Virus record (IMG/VR): IMGVR_UViG_3300037313_000691
Coordinates: 1 to 39,497 of that record
Strand: one strand, 5' to 3'
DNA from: a virus
Lineage: Duplodnaviria; Caudoviricetes
Length of the DNA: 39,497 nt
Position numbers and translations under genes: made by a program. The notes beneath the pieces are model-generated. The model was not told where the DNA came from. It did no database searches and saw only the letters and a list, made by a program, of their open reading frames with translations. Positions 15,142 through 23,512 of the stretch are shown here, in pieces. Positions within the stretch are counted from its first letter, which is position 1, and each line of letters opens with the position of its first letter.

Positions 15142-15318
15142 AGCCCGTGCTCCAGTAAAAGTTTGATTTCGTCCAACTTAAGCGCGTCGTCTTGGCGCGT
15201 GAAGTTGATGTGATGCAACTTGCCGTAGGCCCATGCGAGAAGAGCCGTCAGTCGCTGAATTTCGGCGGCGCACTCACCGTGCGGGTCGCCATCGGGTTGC
15301 TCGTCAAACACGGTTGCC

Positions 15319-15510
15319 TCAGACTGCGACGAGGCCGATGTGCGGCTCGAACTCGTAGTGCTTGGTGGCGTCTTTGTTCACCAGCTTCCAGCCGCGCGCC
15401 GTCTTGCCGACGATGCGAAGAGACAAGAAGCCGACCTTCACCTGCTCGCCAATGGTCCAGAGTTGCTGCGCGCTCTTGCGAGCTTGGTAGGGCATTCCGT
15501 AGTTGCTCAT
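15319..15510 (-). CDS. First gene of pL operon, small beta-rich hypothetical protein
   Basis: SD AGGAG; QLWTIGEQVKVGFLSLRIV...YEFEPHIGL. Confidence 0.75.
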   Translation of the reverse strand: MSNYGMPYQARKSAQQLWTIGEQVKVGFLSLRIVGKTARGWKLVNKDATKHYEFEPHIGLVAV

Positions 15511-15566
15511 CGCTTCTCTCCTGTTGTCGCGCCACTTCGAGGGGCGGGGCCTTGGGGGTAGGAGAG

Positions 15567-15608
15567 ACTGTAGGAAAGAATTCCTGCTATGTCAAGGAAT
15601 AAATTACT
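15567..15608 (-). promoter_or_regulatory. pL promoter with two repressor operators
   Basis: Minus strand TTGACA-17nt-TACAGT; operators AGGAATTCTTTCCT (15572-15585) and AGTAATTTATTCCT (15595-15608). Confidence 0.85.
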
Positions 15609-15628
15609 AGAGTAAGGCTGAGGGGAAT

Positions 15629-15650
15629 TAAAAAGCCGCCCGAAGGCGGC
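15629..15650 (-). terminator. Intrinsic terminator ending the cI operon
   Basis: GCCGCC-TTCG-GGCGGC-TTTT on the minus strand. Confidence 0.85.
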
Positions 15651-15687
15651 GTGAGGACCGAGCTGAGGAGGAACTCGCCCGGCTTGC

Positions 15688-16020
15688 CTAGCGGCAAGAC
15701 GTTGTGATCACTTGCCCGTTGACGACAGACATACAGGTCTGGGGCAAGGGAAGCGCCGGAGCGGGCGGGGGCTGCATGGCCCGCATGACGTTGATCGTGC
15801 TCTGTAGTTGTTGGGCTTGCGCTTGTTCCCGCGCAATGATGGCGGGGTAGAGCTGCCGGCAGTCCAAACCCCGCCTAGAAGCCTCGTTAGAGGCCACAAC
15901 AGCGTTATTGCCGCCCCGCATCGTGTACCGGCAAAGATCCCAGTCGGAAACGGTTGCTGGATCCGTCTGGGCGCACCCAACGAGAGCTAGCGAGATGATG
16001 CAAATGGGCCTGTATTGCAT
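15688..16020 (-). CDS. Lipoprotein, candidate superinfection exclusion factor
   Basis: Lipobox LVGC; co-oriented downstream of cI. Confidence 0.7.
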   Translation of the reverse strand: MQYRPICIISLALVGCAQTDPATVSDWDLCRYTMRGGNNAVVASNEASRRGLDCRQLYPAIIAREQAQAQQLQSTINVMRAMQPPPAPALPLPQTCMSVVNGQVITTSCR

Positions 16021-16229
16021 AGGTGTCTCTCCAGTGCGAATGTGGCTTGCAGGGCCTTTTCGGGGTTCCTTCGGTAGACCCCGGCCGTTCCGGCTCTGTG
16101 GTCGTCCGGGCCGAGTTTGACGACGTACGCTAGCCCGTTGATCTCGCCAGCTTCGGCGGCGGCTAGCAATGCTTTAAGTGCCTCCACGATGTCTTTTCTG
16201 CGATGTCTTTCCAGGTCGATTAACTTCAC
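15987..16229 (-). CDS. Hypothetical protein in cI operon
   Basis: GTG start; DIVEALKALLAAAEAGEINGLAYVV. Confidence 0.7.
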   Translation of the reverse strand: MKLIDLERHRRKDIVEALKALLAAAEAGEINGLAYVVKLGPDDHRAGTAGVYRRNPEKALQATFALERHLCNTGPFASSR

Positions 16230-16665
16230 CTGATTTCCCCTTGACTTGGCCGGTGCGAAGAACCTCGCCGGGAAGTCGGCCAAGACCCCCTTTTGTAACC
16301 GATTGTTGAGCTTCGGTGGTGGCAGTAGGACGCTGTGGTAATGCTGTCACAGCCTCGGTAGAAGTTAGTTCGGAATAAGCTCGCTCGATGTGCTCATAAA
16401 GGCGTCGTTCTTTCTCAGTCATTTCTCGGACGAGCTGCCACAACGGGATCGCCAAAGCCCGGGCAATCTTGTCAAGTTCTTCCAGCTTCGGAGATGGGAG
16501 CTTTCCCGTCGCGCTTTCGGCCCGCTGCTCGGGATTGAGGTAGTTGCTGATCGTCTTTTGATTCACCCCGGCCCGACCAGCAAGGGCCGCTTGGGTGAGT
16601 TCGGCCTGTTCCATCCAGTAGCGAAGGTTGGCGGCGACGACTTGGCTGATCGGTTTTCCTGACAC
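16174..16665 (-). CDS. cI: CI-like XRE HTH repressor (no S24 peptidase domain seen)
   Basis: LTQAALAGRAGVNQKTISNYL...PKLEELDKIARAL; divergent from cro. The GTG start is inferred. Confidence 0.85.
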   Translation of the reverse strand: MSGKPISQVVAANLRYWMEQAELTQAALAGRAGVNQKTISNYLNPEQRAESATGKLPSPKLEELDKIARALAIPLWQLVREMTEKERRLYEHIERAYSELTSTEAVTALPQRPTATTEAQQSVTKGGLGRLPGEVLRTGQVKGKSGEVNRPGKTSQKRHRGGT

Positions 16666-16689
16666 CGGATGAGCATCGCCCACGCGATT

Positions 16690-16731
16690 AGTAAAGTGTT
16701 CCTTGACGCCAAAGGAATTCTTTCCTAAGAT
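16690..16731 (+). promoter_or_regulatory. pR promoter with two repressor operators
   Basis: TTGACG-17nt-TAAGAT; operators AGTAAAGTGTTCCT (16690-16703) and AGGAATTCTTTCCT (16713-16726), the latter identical to the pL copy. Confidence 0.85.
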
Positions 16732-16737
16732 GGGCGC

Positions 16738-16938
16738 ATGTCCGAGTCCATCACCGCCGTCAACGAGGCGGAAATCAAAGCGGCCCTCAACGCTCGGAGA
16801 GGCGATTGGGAAACCATCCGCGCGAAAGCGCGAGTCAGCCATTCGTGGATCTCAAAGTTCGTTCGCAACGAGATTCCAAATCCCGGCATTGACACACTGC
16901 GCAAGGTGCAGACGGCTCTCAACGAGTTGGGGGCCTAA
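16738..16938 (+). CDS. cro: Cro-like HTH protein
   Basis: WETIRAKARVSHSWISKFVRNEIPNPGIDTLRKV; first gene after pR. Confidence 0.85.
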   Translation: MSESITAVNEAEIKAALNARRGDWETIRAKARVSHSWISKFVRNEIPNPGIDTLRKVQTALNELGA

Positions 16939-17289
16939 ATGGCGCGCGGTCGCACTCTCTCTGCGAGGAACCAGAAATTTGCGCACATCCCGGTCGGCTT
17001 GTCCGGTCTGTACCTGATCGATTTGGGCAACGGCGTCGTAAAGGTTGGGCGCTCGATCCGCCTGCGTGACCGCCTCATCTCTTGGCAATGCGAAGCCAAT
17101 CGGGCCGGGCGCGAGATCGGGCGCTACGCGATCTTTCCAGGCCACTACGCCCACGAGGTCTACGCAATTTCCGTGATGACTTTGAATGCCAAGCCCGTCA
17201 AGGGCTGCGTCGAGTATTTCACCGGAATCTCTTTCGATGATGCGCACGCACATATCGGGCGCGTTCTTCCAGAGCTGGAGACCGCCTGA
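16939..17289 (+). CDS. GIY-YIG/T5orf172-like protein
   Basis: GLYLIDLGNGVVKVGRS..LRDRL and EYF motifs. Confidence 0.6.
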   Translation: MARGRTLSARNQKFAHIPVGLSGLYLIDLGNGVVKVGRSIRLRDRLISWQCEANRAGREIGRYAIFPGHYAHEVYAISVMTLNAKPVKGCVEYFTGISFDDAHAHIGRVLPELETA

Positions 17290-17348
17290 ATGAACTTCCT
17301 CCTCGTCACGGTCATTCAACAGCGCATGTGCCGCGCTGGCCGTGACTT

Positions 17349-17378
17349 CGCCTCGCTGTGTGCGGGGCGTTTTTCTTT
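17349..17378 (+). terminator. tR1-like intrinsic terminator
   Basis: CGCCTCGC-TGTGT-GCGGGGCG-TTTTTCTTT. Confidence 0.75.
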
Positions 17379-17440
17379 CGGTGACTCGCTGCTTCATGGC
17401 GGCGATTCTTTGGCCCGCCGTTGATAAGCAGGGATATACG

Positions 17441-17815
17441 ATGAAATCCGCAGTTATCGCGCAACCCGAAGGTCAACTCACATTGAGTTTTGAGCAGGGG
17501 ATCAGCGAGCGGCATTTGACGCTGCGCGATTGCATCGCGGCCAGCATCTACCAGCGCGGGCTAGGCAATGTGGCGTTGGACTTGAACAAGGCTCCGGGGA
17601 ATCTGAGCGTGGAACTTTCGGAAGATCCCTCGCGGCATTTCAGCGTGGACAGCCTGGAGCGATACATCGAGAAGACGCGCGACACCACGCCTATCTACTA
17701 CCTCATCGATAAGTTTCTCAACGACAACGGCCAGAAGCAGAACGCCGCTATGGCGCAGCTCGCACCGATGCTGAAACAACTTGCGCCGTTAATGAAGCAG
17801 GCGGGGCTCATCTGA
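17441..17815 (+). CDS. CII-like regulator
   Basis: Position between cro and the replication genes; GLGNVALDLNKAPGNLSVEL...RHFSVDSLERYIE. Confidence 0.65.
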   Translation: MKSAVIAQPEGQLTLSFEQGISERHLTLRDCIAASIYQRGLGNVALDLNKAPGNLSVELSEDPSRHFSVDSLERYIEKTRDTTPIYYLIDKFLNDNGQKQNAAMAQLAPMLKQLAPLMKQAGLI

Positions 17816-18087
17816 TGATTTCTTTCGCCCAAATGTTCGGGACGCTCTCCCCCGATTGCACACAAGTCTCCCCGCAGTGCAACACGGCAGTTTGTAGGAA
17901 TTCGACTGTTACTGCTGTCGGCACGCTGACCGACGAGCAGCGCGAAGCCGCGATCACGCGCGCTAGTCTGCTGATAGCAAAAGGCGGTGTTGGAGCCAAC
18001 CACGCACGAACTCTGCGCGACCAACTGATTGCCGGACGTTCTCCCGAATCAATTGCCCGTATTGCACGGGCGCTAGGAGCGATGTGA
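17815..18087 (+). CDS. Hypothetical protein
   Basis: TGATG coupling; RDQLIAGRSPE. Confidence 0.55.
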   Translation: MISFAQMFGTLSPDCTQVSPQCNTAVCRNSTVTAVGTLTDEQREAAITRASLLIAKGGVGANHARTLRDQLIAGRSPESIARIARALGAM

Positions 18088-18284
18088 TGAAACAGACGAT
18101 GACGGACAGGCTCGTGAAGCTGATGAAACGCAGATACGTGACGCCCTTGGATGCGCTCCAGCACGCGAACTGCCTTTCACTCTCCCAACGCTGCGGCGAT
18201 CTCCGTAGGGCTGGGATCGAGGTGATCGACAAATGGGTTGACCTGGACTCGGGCAAGCGCGTGAAGGCATATCGGATTGCGTGA
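18084..18284 (+). CDS. Small winged-HTH protein
   Basis: VTPLDALQHANCLSLSQRCGDLRRAGIEV...VKAYRI. Confidence 0.8.
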   Translation: MMKQTMTDRLVKLMKRRYVTPLDALQHANCLSLSQRCGDLRRAGIEVIDKWVDLDSGKRVKAYRIA

Positions 18285-18301
18285 CGACTGAGAAGTAAAG
18301 C

Positions 18302-19219
18302 ATGGCCGGTGACTGGATCAAGATGCGCGTCGGGCTGACGAACCACCCGCGCGTGATGCGAATTGCCGAGGCCCTACTGGAAAGCGGCGCGTTTTTAGGC
18401 TGGTCCGGCATGAGCTACGGAATTGGCGGATACCCAGCTCCTTCGGAGGAAGAGGCTCGCGCAGAGCGTCACTGCGCGTTACGCGTTACGCGTTACGTCA
18501 CGGTGACGGCGTTACTCAAGTTTTGGGGTTACGCGAACGAGCACGCAAAGGGCGATTCCATCGACGGAATTTGGGCCGAGGATGTGGACGAAATCGTCGG
18601 CGTCCCGGGCTTTGCTGAGGCGATGGAGGCCGCAGGGTGGGTCGAATTCGACCGCGAGCGCGGCGGGTTGCGGATGCCAAATTTCGAGGAGCACAACACC
18701 TCTGCCACAGCGAGAACGAGCGGCGGAGCGGAGCGGCAACGAAGGTATCGAGAGCGGCAAAAGGCGTCACCTGAAAGTGACGTAACGCGTAACGTAACGG
18801 TGACGGAGAGAGAAGAGAAGAGTAGAGAAGAGAAGAATCTTGTATCCGGTGTCGCGGAAAAGCCGAGCCGTCGCAAGACGAAGACCAAACTCCCGGAAGA
18901 CTTTGAACCCGACGACAACGGCAAGCGCGTTTGTGTCGATGCGGGTTTTTCATGCGTTGAGGAGTTGCTGAAATTCCGCAACCACCACGAAGCGGCTGGC
19001 ACGTTGATGGCGAACTGGCAGGCGGGCTGGCGCACTTGGATTGACAAGGCGAAGACTTTCCGCAAGCCGTGGCAAACACCAGTGAGCATCACGGTTCCCG
19101 GCCCGACAGGTCCTGATCCCGGCCTCGAAAAGATTAAAGCCGATGCGGCCAGGTCTGTCCCTCCGCCCCCTGAAATTCGCGCGCGGATCGCAAAGGCGTT
19201 GGAAGGCAAGGTGCATTGA
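18302..19219 (+). CDS. Phage replication initiator (O-like, DnaT-like C-terminal domain)
   Basis: MAGDWIKMRVGL, PGFAEAM..GW, PNFEEHN, AERQRRYRER, EKSREEK, KFRNHH...NWQAGWRTW. Confidence 0.85.
   Translation: MAGDWIKMRVGLTNHPRVMRIAEALLESGAFLGWSGMSYGIGGYPAPSEEEARAERHCALRVTRYVTVTALLKFWGYANEHAKGDSIDGIWAEDVDEIVGVPGFAEAMEAAGWVEFDRERGGLRMPNFEEHNTSATARTSGGAERQRRYRERQKASPESDVTRNVTVTEREEKSREEKNLVSGVAEKPSRRKTKTKLPEDFEPDDNGKRVCVDAGFSCVEELLKFRNHHEAAGTLMANWQAGWRTWIDKAKTFRKPWQTPVSITVPGPTGPDPGLEKIKADAARSVPPPPEIRARIAKALEGKVH
18476..18836. repeat. Candidate iteron-type origin within initiator gene
   Basis: GCGTTAC x4 and GTCACGGTGAC at 18476-18515; inverted GTAAC/GTGAC cluster at 18777-18806; purine tract at 18807-18836. 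Confidence 0.55.
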
Positions 19220-19344
19220 TGGACTACATGAGCCGAGACAGGGCCAATGAAATCCTGACCCTGTGGAAGTTGGGGCTGGAGTGGTTCCCGGCCCGAATCA
19301 TCAGCCAGGCCCTGTATGTCACAGGCGACCTCGATCAATCCTAG
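19219..19344 (+). CDS. Small hypothetical protein
   Basis: TGATG coupling; MSRDRANEIL...ISQALYVTGDL. Confidence 0.6.
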   Translation: MDYMSRDRANEILTLWKLGLEWFPARIISQALYVTGDLDQS

Positions 19345-19683
19345 TTGCCTGACATGCAAGAACTGGAACCCGCGAACAAACCATTCTATGGCGAAGCACG
19401 GGTTTTCAGCTTGCAGTCTGGAAAAGAGTTGGACCTATTGGAGTTGGAACTATTCATGCAAGAGACACGAGACCGCATCGAGCGAAATTCTGACTCCGCG
19501 TTTGGCATGGAGCAAACGACTGTCGTTGTGATCGAGATGAAGCACTTCGGGGATTTACCCAATGGCTTTGCCGACAAGGTTGCGCAAAGGGCCTACGACT
19601 ACGCAGCCAGCCAAGGGGTTTACATGCGGGGGTCGGATGCGAAGGCGTCTGTCTCGGGTTATGCGCTGCCGGTGAAGCAATGA
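19345..19683 (+). CDS. Hypothetical protein (start uncertain)
   Basis: ORF coupled to ninB by ATGA; an overlapping Cys-rich alternative ORF at 19316-19531 is also plausible. Confidence 0.45.
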   Translation: MPDMQELEPANKPFYGEARVFSLQSGKELDLLELELFMQETRDRIERNSDSAFGMEQTTVVVIEMKHFGDLPNGFADKVAQRAYDYAASQGVYMRGSDAKASVSGYALPVKQ

Positions 19684-20096
19684 CCTCCATCGCTCTGTAC
19701 TCCCCCCAACAGGCTCACGCGGCCCTGAGTGCCCTATGGGCGCAGATCAAACCATCGCTGTTGGACGGCAAGCGGTTGACTGTGAAGGTCACTCCCGTTT
19801 CCAAGAGCCGTGAGCAGGAAGAAAAGTACCACGCAATGATCGGTGAGATCGCCGCGCAGGCAAAGCACCTTGGATCGACGTGGGACGCAGAAGGCTGGAA
19901 GCGCCTATTGCTGGACGACTTCGCCAAGGAAACAAATAGGCCGCGCGGGAGATTGATTCCGAGCCTATCCGGCGACGGGGTTGTGGAGGTTGGCCTTCTG
20001 TCGCGGAACTTCTCCGTTCAGGACGGGGCGGATTTCATCGAGTGGCTTTACGCCTGGGGATCGGAGCATGGCGTGACATTCAAGGAGCAGACATGA
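19680..20096 (+). CDS. ninB: NinB-family recombination protein
   Basis: KSREQEEKYHAMIGEIAAQ, EGWKRL, FIEWLYAWGSEHGVTF. Confidence 0.85.
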   Translation: MTSIALYSPQQAHAALSALWAQIKPSLLDGKRLTVKVTPVSKSREQEEKYHAMIGEIAAQAKHLGSTWDAEGWKRLLLDDFAKETNRPRGRLIPSLSGDGVVEVGLLSRNFSVQDGADFIEWLYAWGSEHGVTFKEQT

Positions 20097-20317
20097 AAAC
20101 CATTGCCGTCCTGCTGTCCGTGGCGCTACTCGCTGGCTGCACCAGCAAAACGGAGTTCGGTGATTGCATCGGCATTGCGGACGACCGCGATCCGACTCTC
20201 ACCTACAAGGTCAGCGCGTGGAACGCCATTCTCGGAATCTTCTTCTTCGAGTTGATTGCCCCGCCCGTGATCGTGCTGGTGAACGAAACCTATTGCCCGG
20301 TTGGAAAGAAGAAGTGA
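20093..20317 (+). CDS. Small lipoprotein
   Basis: Lipobox LAGC plus a second hydrophobic segment. Confidence 0.75.
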   Translation: MKTIAVLLSVALLAGCTSKTEFGDCIGIADDRDPTLTYKVSAWNAILGIFFFELIAPPVIVLVNETYCPVGKKK

Positions 20318-20877
20318 ACCCCCGCCTATGCGCCTACGAACCATGCGGAAAGACGTTCATTCCTCTTCGCATGGGTCAGAAGGTGTGCGGGCCTGTTTGT
20401 GCGAGTCGATTAGTCAAGGCAGACAAGGCAAAGGGAAAGAGGGAGCTGCGCGATCGCAAGGCAGCACTGAAACGGATTCCGGAGATTGAAGACGAATGCC
20501 GGCGCATCGTTCAGAAGATCGCAAGACTGAGGGACAGAAATGACGGCTGCATCTCTTGTCATGTCGGCCCTGACTATCGGGGCATGTGGCACGGCTCCCA
20601 CTACCGAAGCGTTGGGGCTGCATCCAGCGTGCAATTTTCCCTCTGGAACATCCACAAGGCTTGTGAGCAATGTAATTACTTCAAGGGCGGAAACCGAGAG
20701 GGCTACCGGCCTCGGCTTATCGAAAAGATTGGCCTGGAGCGCGTGGAATGGTTGGACGCCCAGAACAACGTCAGCAAGCGAGGCGGAGCCGAGTACCGGG
20801 AGTACCTGTTCCGATTCAAGAAGGTAATGGGCAAGAGGTTGAGAAGGATGGAGAAGCGAATCAATGAGCGTATGTAA
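20314..20877 (+). CDS. ninG: NinG/Rap-family HNH-like nuclease
   Basis: QKVCGPVCA, RLRD..GCISC, WHGSHYRSVGA, NIHKACEQCN, LIEKIGLERVEWL. Confidence 0.9.
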   Translation: MNPRLCAYEPCGKTFIPLRMGQKVCGPVCASRLVKADKAKGKRELRDRKAALKRIPEIEDECRRIVQKIARLRDRNDGCISCHVGPDYRGMWHGSHYRSVGAASSVQFSLWNIHKACEQCNYFKGGNREGYRPRLIEKIGLERVEWLDAQNNVSKRGGAEYREYLFRFKKVMGKRLRRMEKRINERM

Positions 20878-21112
20878 GCGAATCTGGCTGACGCTCGCAA
20901 AGAACGGGCGCATGACCGCGAAAGAGGTCCGTGAGGCCGTGCAGATCGACGGCGGGCACGTTGATATGTCGCTTTCGAGAATGTTCAACGGCGGGATGAT
21001 CGTGCGGTTTGGCGAGAAGCCTTCGACCTACGGAGTCACATCAACCTGCATCACTCCGCGCATGACGAGCGTCGCTGAAATTTTGGAAGCGGTGAACGGA
21101 GCCAAGCAATGA
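20864..21112 (+). CDS. Winged-HTH hypothetical protein
   Basis: GRMTAKEVREAV...VDMSLSRMFNGGMIVR. Confidence 0.7.
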   Translation: MSVCKRIWLTLAKNGRMTAKEVREAVQIDGGHVDMSLSRMFNGGMIVRFGEKPSTYGVTSTCITPRMTSVAEILEAVNGAKQ

Positions 21113-21465
21113 TGCTTCCTACGTGGACGGGTAGTGATGTTCTTACAGAGAAGTCGGCCCCATCTATTGCTTCTTTGCCTTGTATGCGAACAATCGGATG
21201 TGGGGCGCGCAATGGCTTCACGCGCGCAGCACATAGCTTGCATCGGCTGACCCAACAAAGACCGGGAGCGGAATCACCTACCGCAGTCCCGACGCAGCGT
21301 TGGTGTAGCGACTGCGGCAAGGTTCGCGTGAATGTGACGGGCAAGAGCGCGCGCACCGTTCGACTACATCCCCCAAGGGCACTTGGGCTGACGGGCACAG
21401 AAGCGGCCTCCAGCCGGAGAAATGGCTACGGTCACCCTGCCGAACTTTTGTCGAAAGGAATGTGA
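21109..21465 (+). CDS. Hypothetical protein
   Basis: ATGA coupling; CSDCG motif; weak support. Confidence 0.4.
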   Translation: MMLPTWTGSDVLTEKSAPSIASLPCMRTIGCGARNGFTRAAHSLHRLTQQRPGAESPTAVPTQRWCSDCGKVRVNVTGKSARTVRLHPPRALGLTGTEAASSRRNGYGHPAELLSKGM

Positions 21466-21650
21466 TGTACCCCGCATGGCTGCATCCCTACGTAGCAAAG
21501 TTAACAGGGAGTTCGGACGAGTGCTACGACGGTGAAATTCCTCCCGCTCCCCCTCCAGGCCCAGAGATACCAGCCGAAGTACACAACCACCAGCCTTTCG
21601 ATGCTGAGAGGGCATGGGCCGCGACGTTGATTGCTTGCAAGGGAGTTTGA
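21462..21650 (+). CDS. Hypothetical protein
   Basis: SD AAAGGA; coupled. Confidence 0.55.
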   Translation: MMYPAWLHPYVAKLTGSSDECYDGEIPPAPPPGPEIPAEVHNHQPFDAERAWAATLIACKGV

Positions 21651-21869
21651 GTGATGTTTTTAGAGACTGAGCAGCTACCTCATGACTTCATCGTGCTCTA
21701 CGATGGACCGCGAGAAGTCTTGCGGGTCAAACACCCAGACGGCGAAGTAATTTTCGGAGATGGCGCGACTCAAGATGAAGCGGCTAGGTTGTTTTGGAAG
21801 CATCTTGGCGGTTTCATCGCCGCTCAGGTTGCGCAGTTGAAGGAGCCGGAGCCTAGCCGTTCTAGGTGA
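21651..21869 (+). CDS. Hypothetical protein
   Basis: EVLRV..PDGEV...DEAARLFW motif. Confidence 0.7.
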   Translation: MMFLETEQLPHDFIVLYDGPREVLRVKHPDGEVIFGDGATQDEAARLFWKHLGGFIAAQVAQLKEPEPSRSR

Positions 21870-21883
21870 TTGAAGGAGAAAGT

Positions 21884-22108
21884 ATGAACTACGAAAACGA
21901 AGCCTCAGGGCAAATGCTGGTTGGTGGCTATTCCCGCGATCTTTCGATGGGCGGTAGCGACACAACGGTGTCCCAAAACATCGACAACCGGATAGCCCAA
22001 CTGCGCGAACAAATCGCCCGGCTTGAGGCAGTAAAGGAGAAGTTGTCGGGCGGGTCGATCCTCGACATGTCCCTGCCAGACCTCGCACTGGCGATGGCGC
22101 GCTACTGA
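21884..22108 (+). CDS. Coiled-coil hypothetical protein
   Basis: SD AAGGAG; IDNRIAQLREQIARLEAVKEKL. Confidence 0.7.
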   Translation: MNYENEASGQMLVGGYSRDLSMGGSDTTVSQNIDNRIAQLREQIARLEAVKEKLSGGSILDMSLPDLALAMARY

Positions 22109-22261
22109 CCGTGACCCTCCAAACCGCCCTAGAACAAGCAGAGCTCCTCTCCCGAGAGTGGGAAGAGATAGGACGCCTATTCGTTCAAAAGGGCTTGGAG
22201 TTCCAAGAGGCATTGGCCCAGATCAGTGCTTTGCTGGCGATTGAAAAGGCAAAGGAAGAAC

Positions 22262-22672
22262 ATGGGCCGAGCCGCTGAAATCGAACCCCGATGGCTCGTG
22301 AGCCTGCTCAATCAATGGGCCATCCACGACCTAAGGGGCGAGACAGGGGGATTGGGGTACGCCTCCGGCTCCAACTGGATGCGGGGCCTGAAATCCTCGC
22401 CGGCAAGCTCGATCGATCCGACAGGGTACGCAGCTCGCGATTTCCGCGACATTGAATCCGCAATGAACGATCTTCGGCAGAAAGGAACCAACCTTTGGGC
22501 GGCGGTGACGATGTATTACAAACCGTGGGCGGTCAATTCGTTCAGGGAGCAGGGCTACCCGTTCAACACCAGACTTTATTGGGATCGACTCCACCGGGCT
22601 CACAAGGTCCTGGCCGACTCGATGGAGTCCATTCGCCTATCCCGCGCGATCCTTGCCAAGCGCGCAGCATGA
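22262..22672 (+). CDS. Late-gene regulator, antiterminator Q-like
   Basis: LLNQWA...GGLGY..S, IESAMNDL, YWDRLHRAH; last early gene before the late operon. Confidence 0.6.
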   Translation: MGRAAEIEPRWLVSLLNQWAIHDLRGETGGLGYASGSNWMRGLKSSPASSIDPTGYAARDFRDIESAMNDLRQKGTNLWAAVTMYYKPWAVNSFREQGYPFNTRLYWDRLHRAHKVLADSMESIRLSRAILAKRAA

Positions 22673-22896
22673 ACCCTTGGAAGCTGTCAGCCAGAGAAGA
22701 AACAGTCCTGACCACGTTGAGCAAGGTTGGGACAGCCAAACTCGCGGCCAAGGAAATTGGCATCAGTTTTCGGACGGTGGAAATCTACCTTCGACGCGCG
22801 AGGGACAAGATGCAAACCCAATCGACTCTCATCGCGGTCTTAATGTGGGATCGATACGTGTTCGCCCGTATGTGTAAACCAGAGACAGCGGAGTAA
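22669..22896 (+). CDS. Stand-alone LuxR/GerE-type HTH protein
   Basis: LSAREETVL...AKEIGISFRTVEIYLRRARDKM. Confidence 0.85.
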   Translation: MNPWKLSAREETVLTTLSKVGTAKLAAKEIGISFRTVEIYLRRARDKMQTQSTLIAVLMWDRYVFARMCKPETAE

Positions 22897-22939
22897 AGTG
22901 CCAAATTAAGTGTAGGAGTGAAGAAGTCACTCCGCAAAC

Positions 22940-23015
22940 GCGGCTAAGCTCGCGGGCCGAGTCCGGGGCCTTCCAAGCCTTCGAGAGCAGAGTTCGATTC
23001 TCTCTAGCCGCTCCA
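22940..23015 (+). tRNA. tRNA-Gly(TCC), atypical D arm
   Basis: Acceptor GCGGCTA/TAGCCGC, U73, loop CTTCCAA, TTCGATT, CCA. Confidence 0.8.
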
Positions 23016-23023
23016 CAATTCCC

Positions 23024-23060
23024 GCCCGCCATTCACAAGATCGGCGGGCTTTCTTCATTT
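23024..23060 (+). terminator. Intrinsic terminator before terminase (tR'-like)
   Basis: GCCCGCC...GGCGGGC-TTTCTTCATTT. Confidence 0.7.
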
Positions 23061-23152
23061 GGGAGCAGCTCTCCCGATTCTTACGGGGCCACCGCTCGCG
23101 CAGCGCCGGCTACCACCTTAAAGAGCGGCTGATCCCAAATCCTTCAACCCAA

Positions 23153-23512
23153 ATGGCCCGCCCCACAGACTACGACCCTTCCTACTGCGAACGAGTGATC
23201 GAGTTCGGCAAGCAGGGGAAGTCCGTCGCTTGGATGGCCGCTGAACTCCAAGTCAACAAGGACACTCTGTACGAGTGGGCCAAGGTTCATTCGGAGTTTT
23301 CCGACGCCTTTACACGCGCCAAGCTCGAATCGCAAAGATGGTGGGAAGACGCTGGGCAAATTGGCATGGTTTCGCCCGGGTTTGGCGCTTCGGTGTGGTC
23401 CAGAAGCATGGCCGCTCGATTCCCCGAGGACTGGCGCGAGAAGTCCGGGGTTGAACTAACCGGCAAGGATGGCGGGCCGATGGAAACGTCGGTCAAAGTC
23501 ACCTTTGAGTGA
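23153..23512 (+). CDS. terS: Terminase small subunit
   Basis: MARPTDYDPSYCE, TLYEWAKVHSEFSDA, VELTGKDGGP. Confidence 0.9.
   Translation: MARPTDYDPSYCERVIEFGKQGKSVAWMAAELQVNKDTLYEWAKVHSEFSDAFTRAKLESQRWWEDAGQIGMVSPGFGASVWSRSMAARFPEDWREKSGVELTGKDGGPMETSVKVTFE

Noticed and set aside
16666-16842. Long N-terminal extension of cI given by the ORF track
   Set aside because: It would run through pR, the operators and cro; the GTG at 16665 is more plausible.
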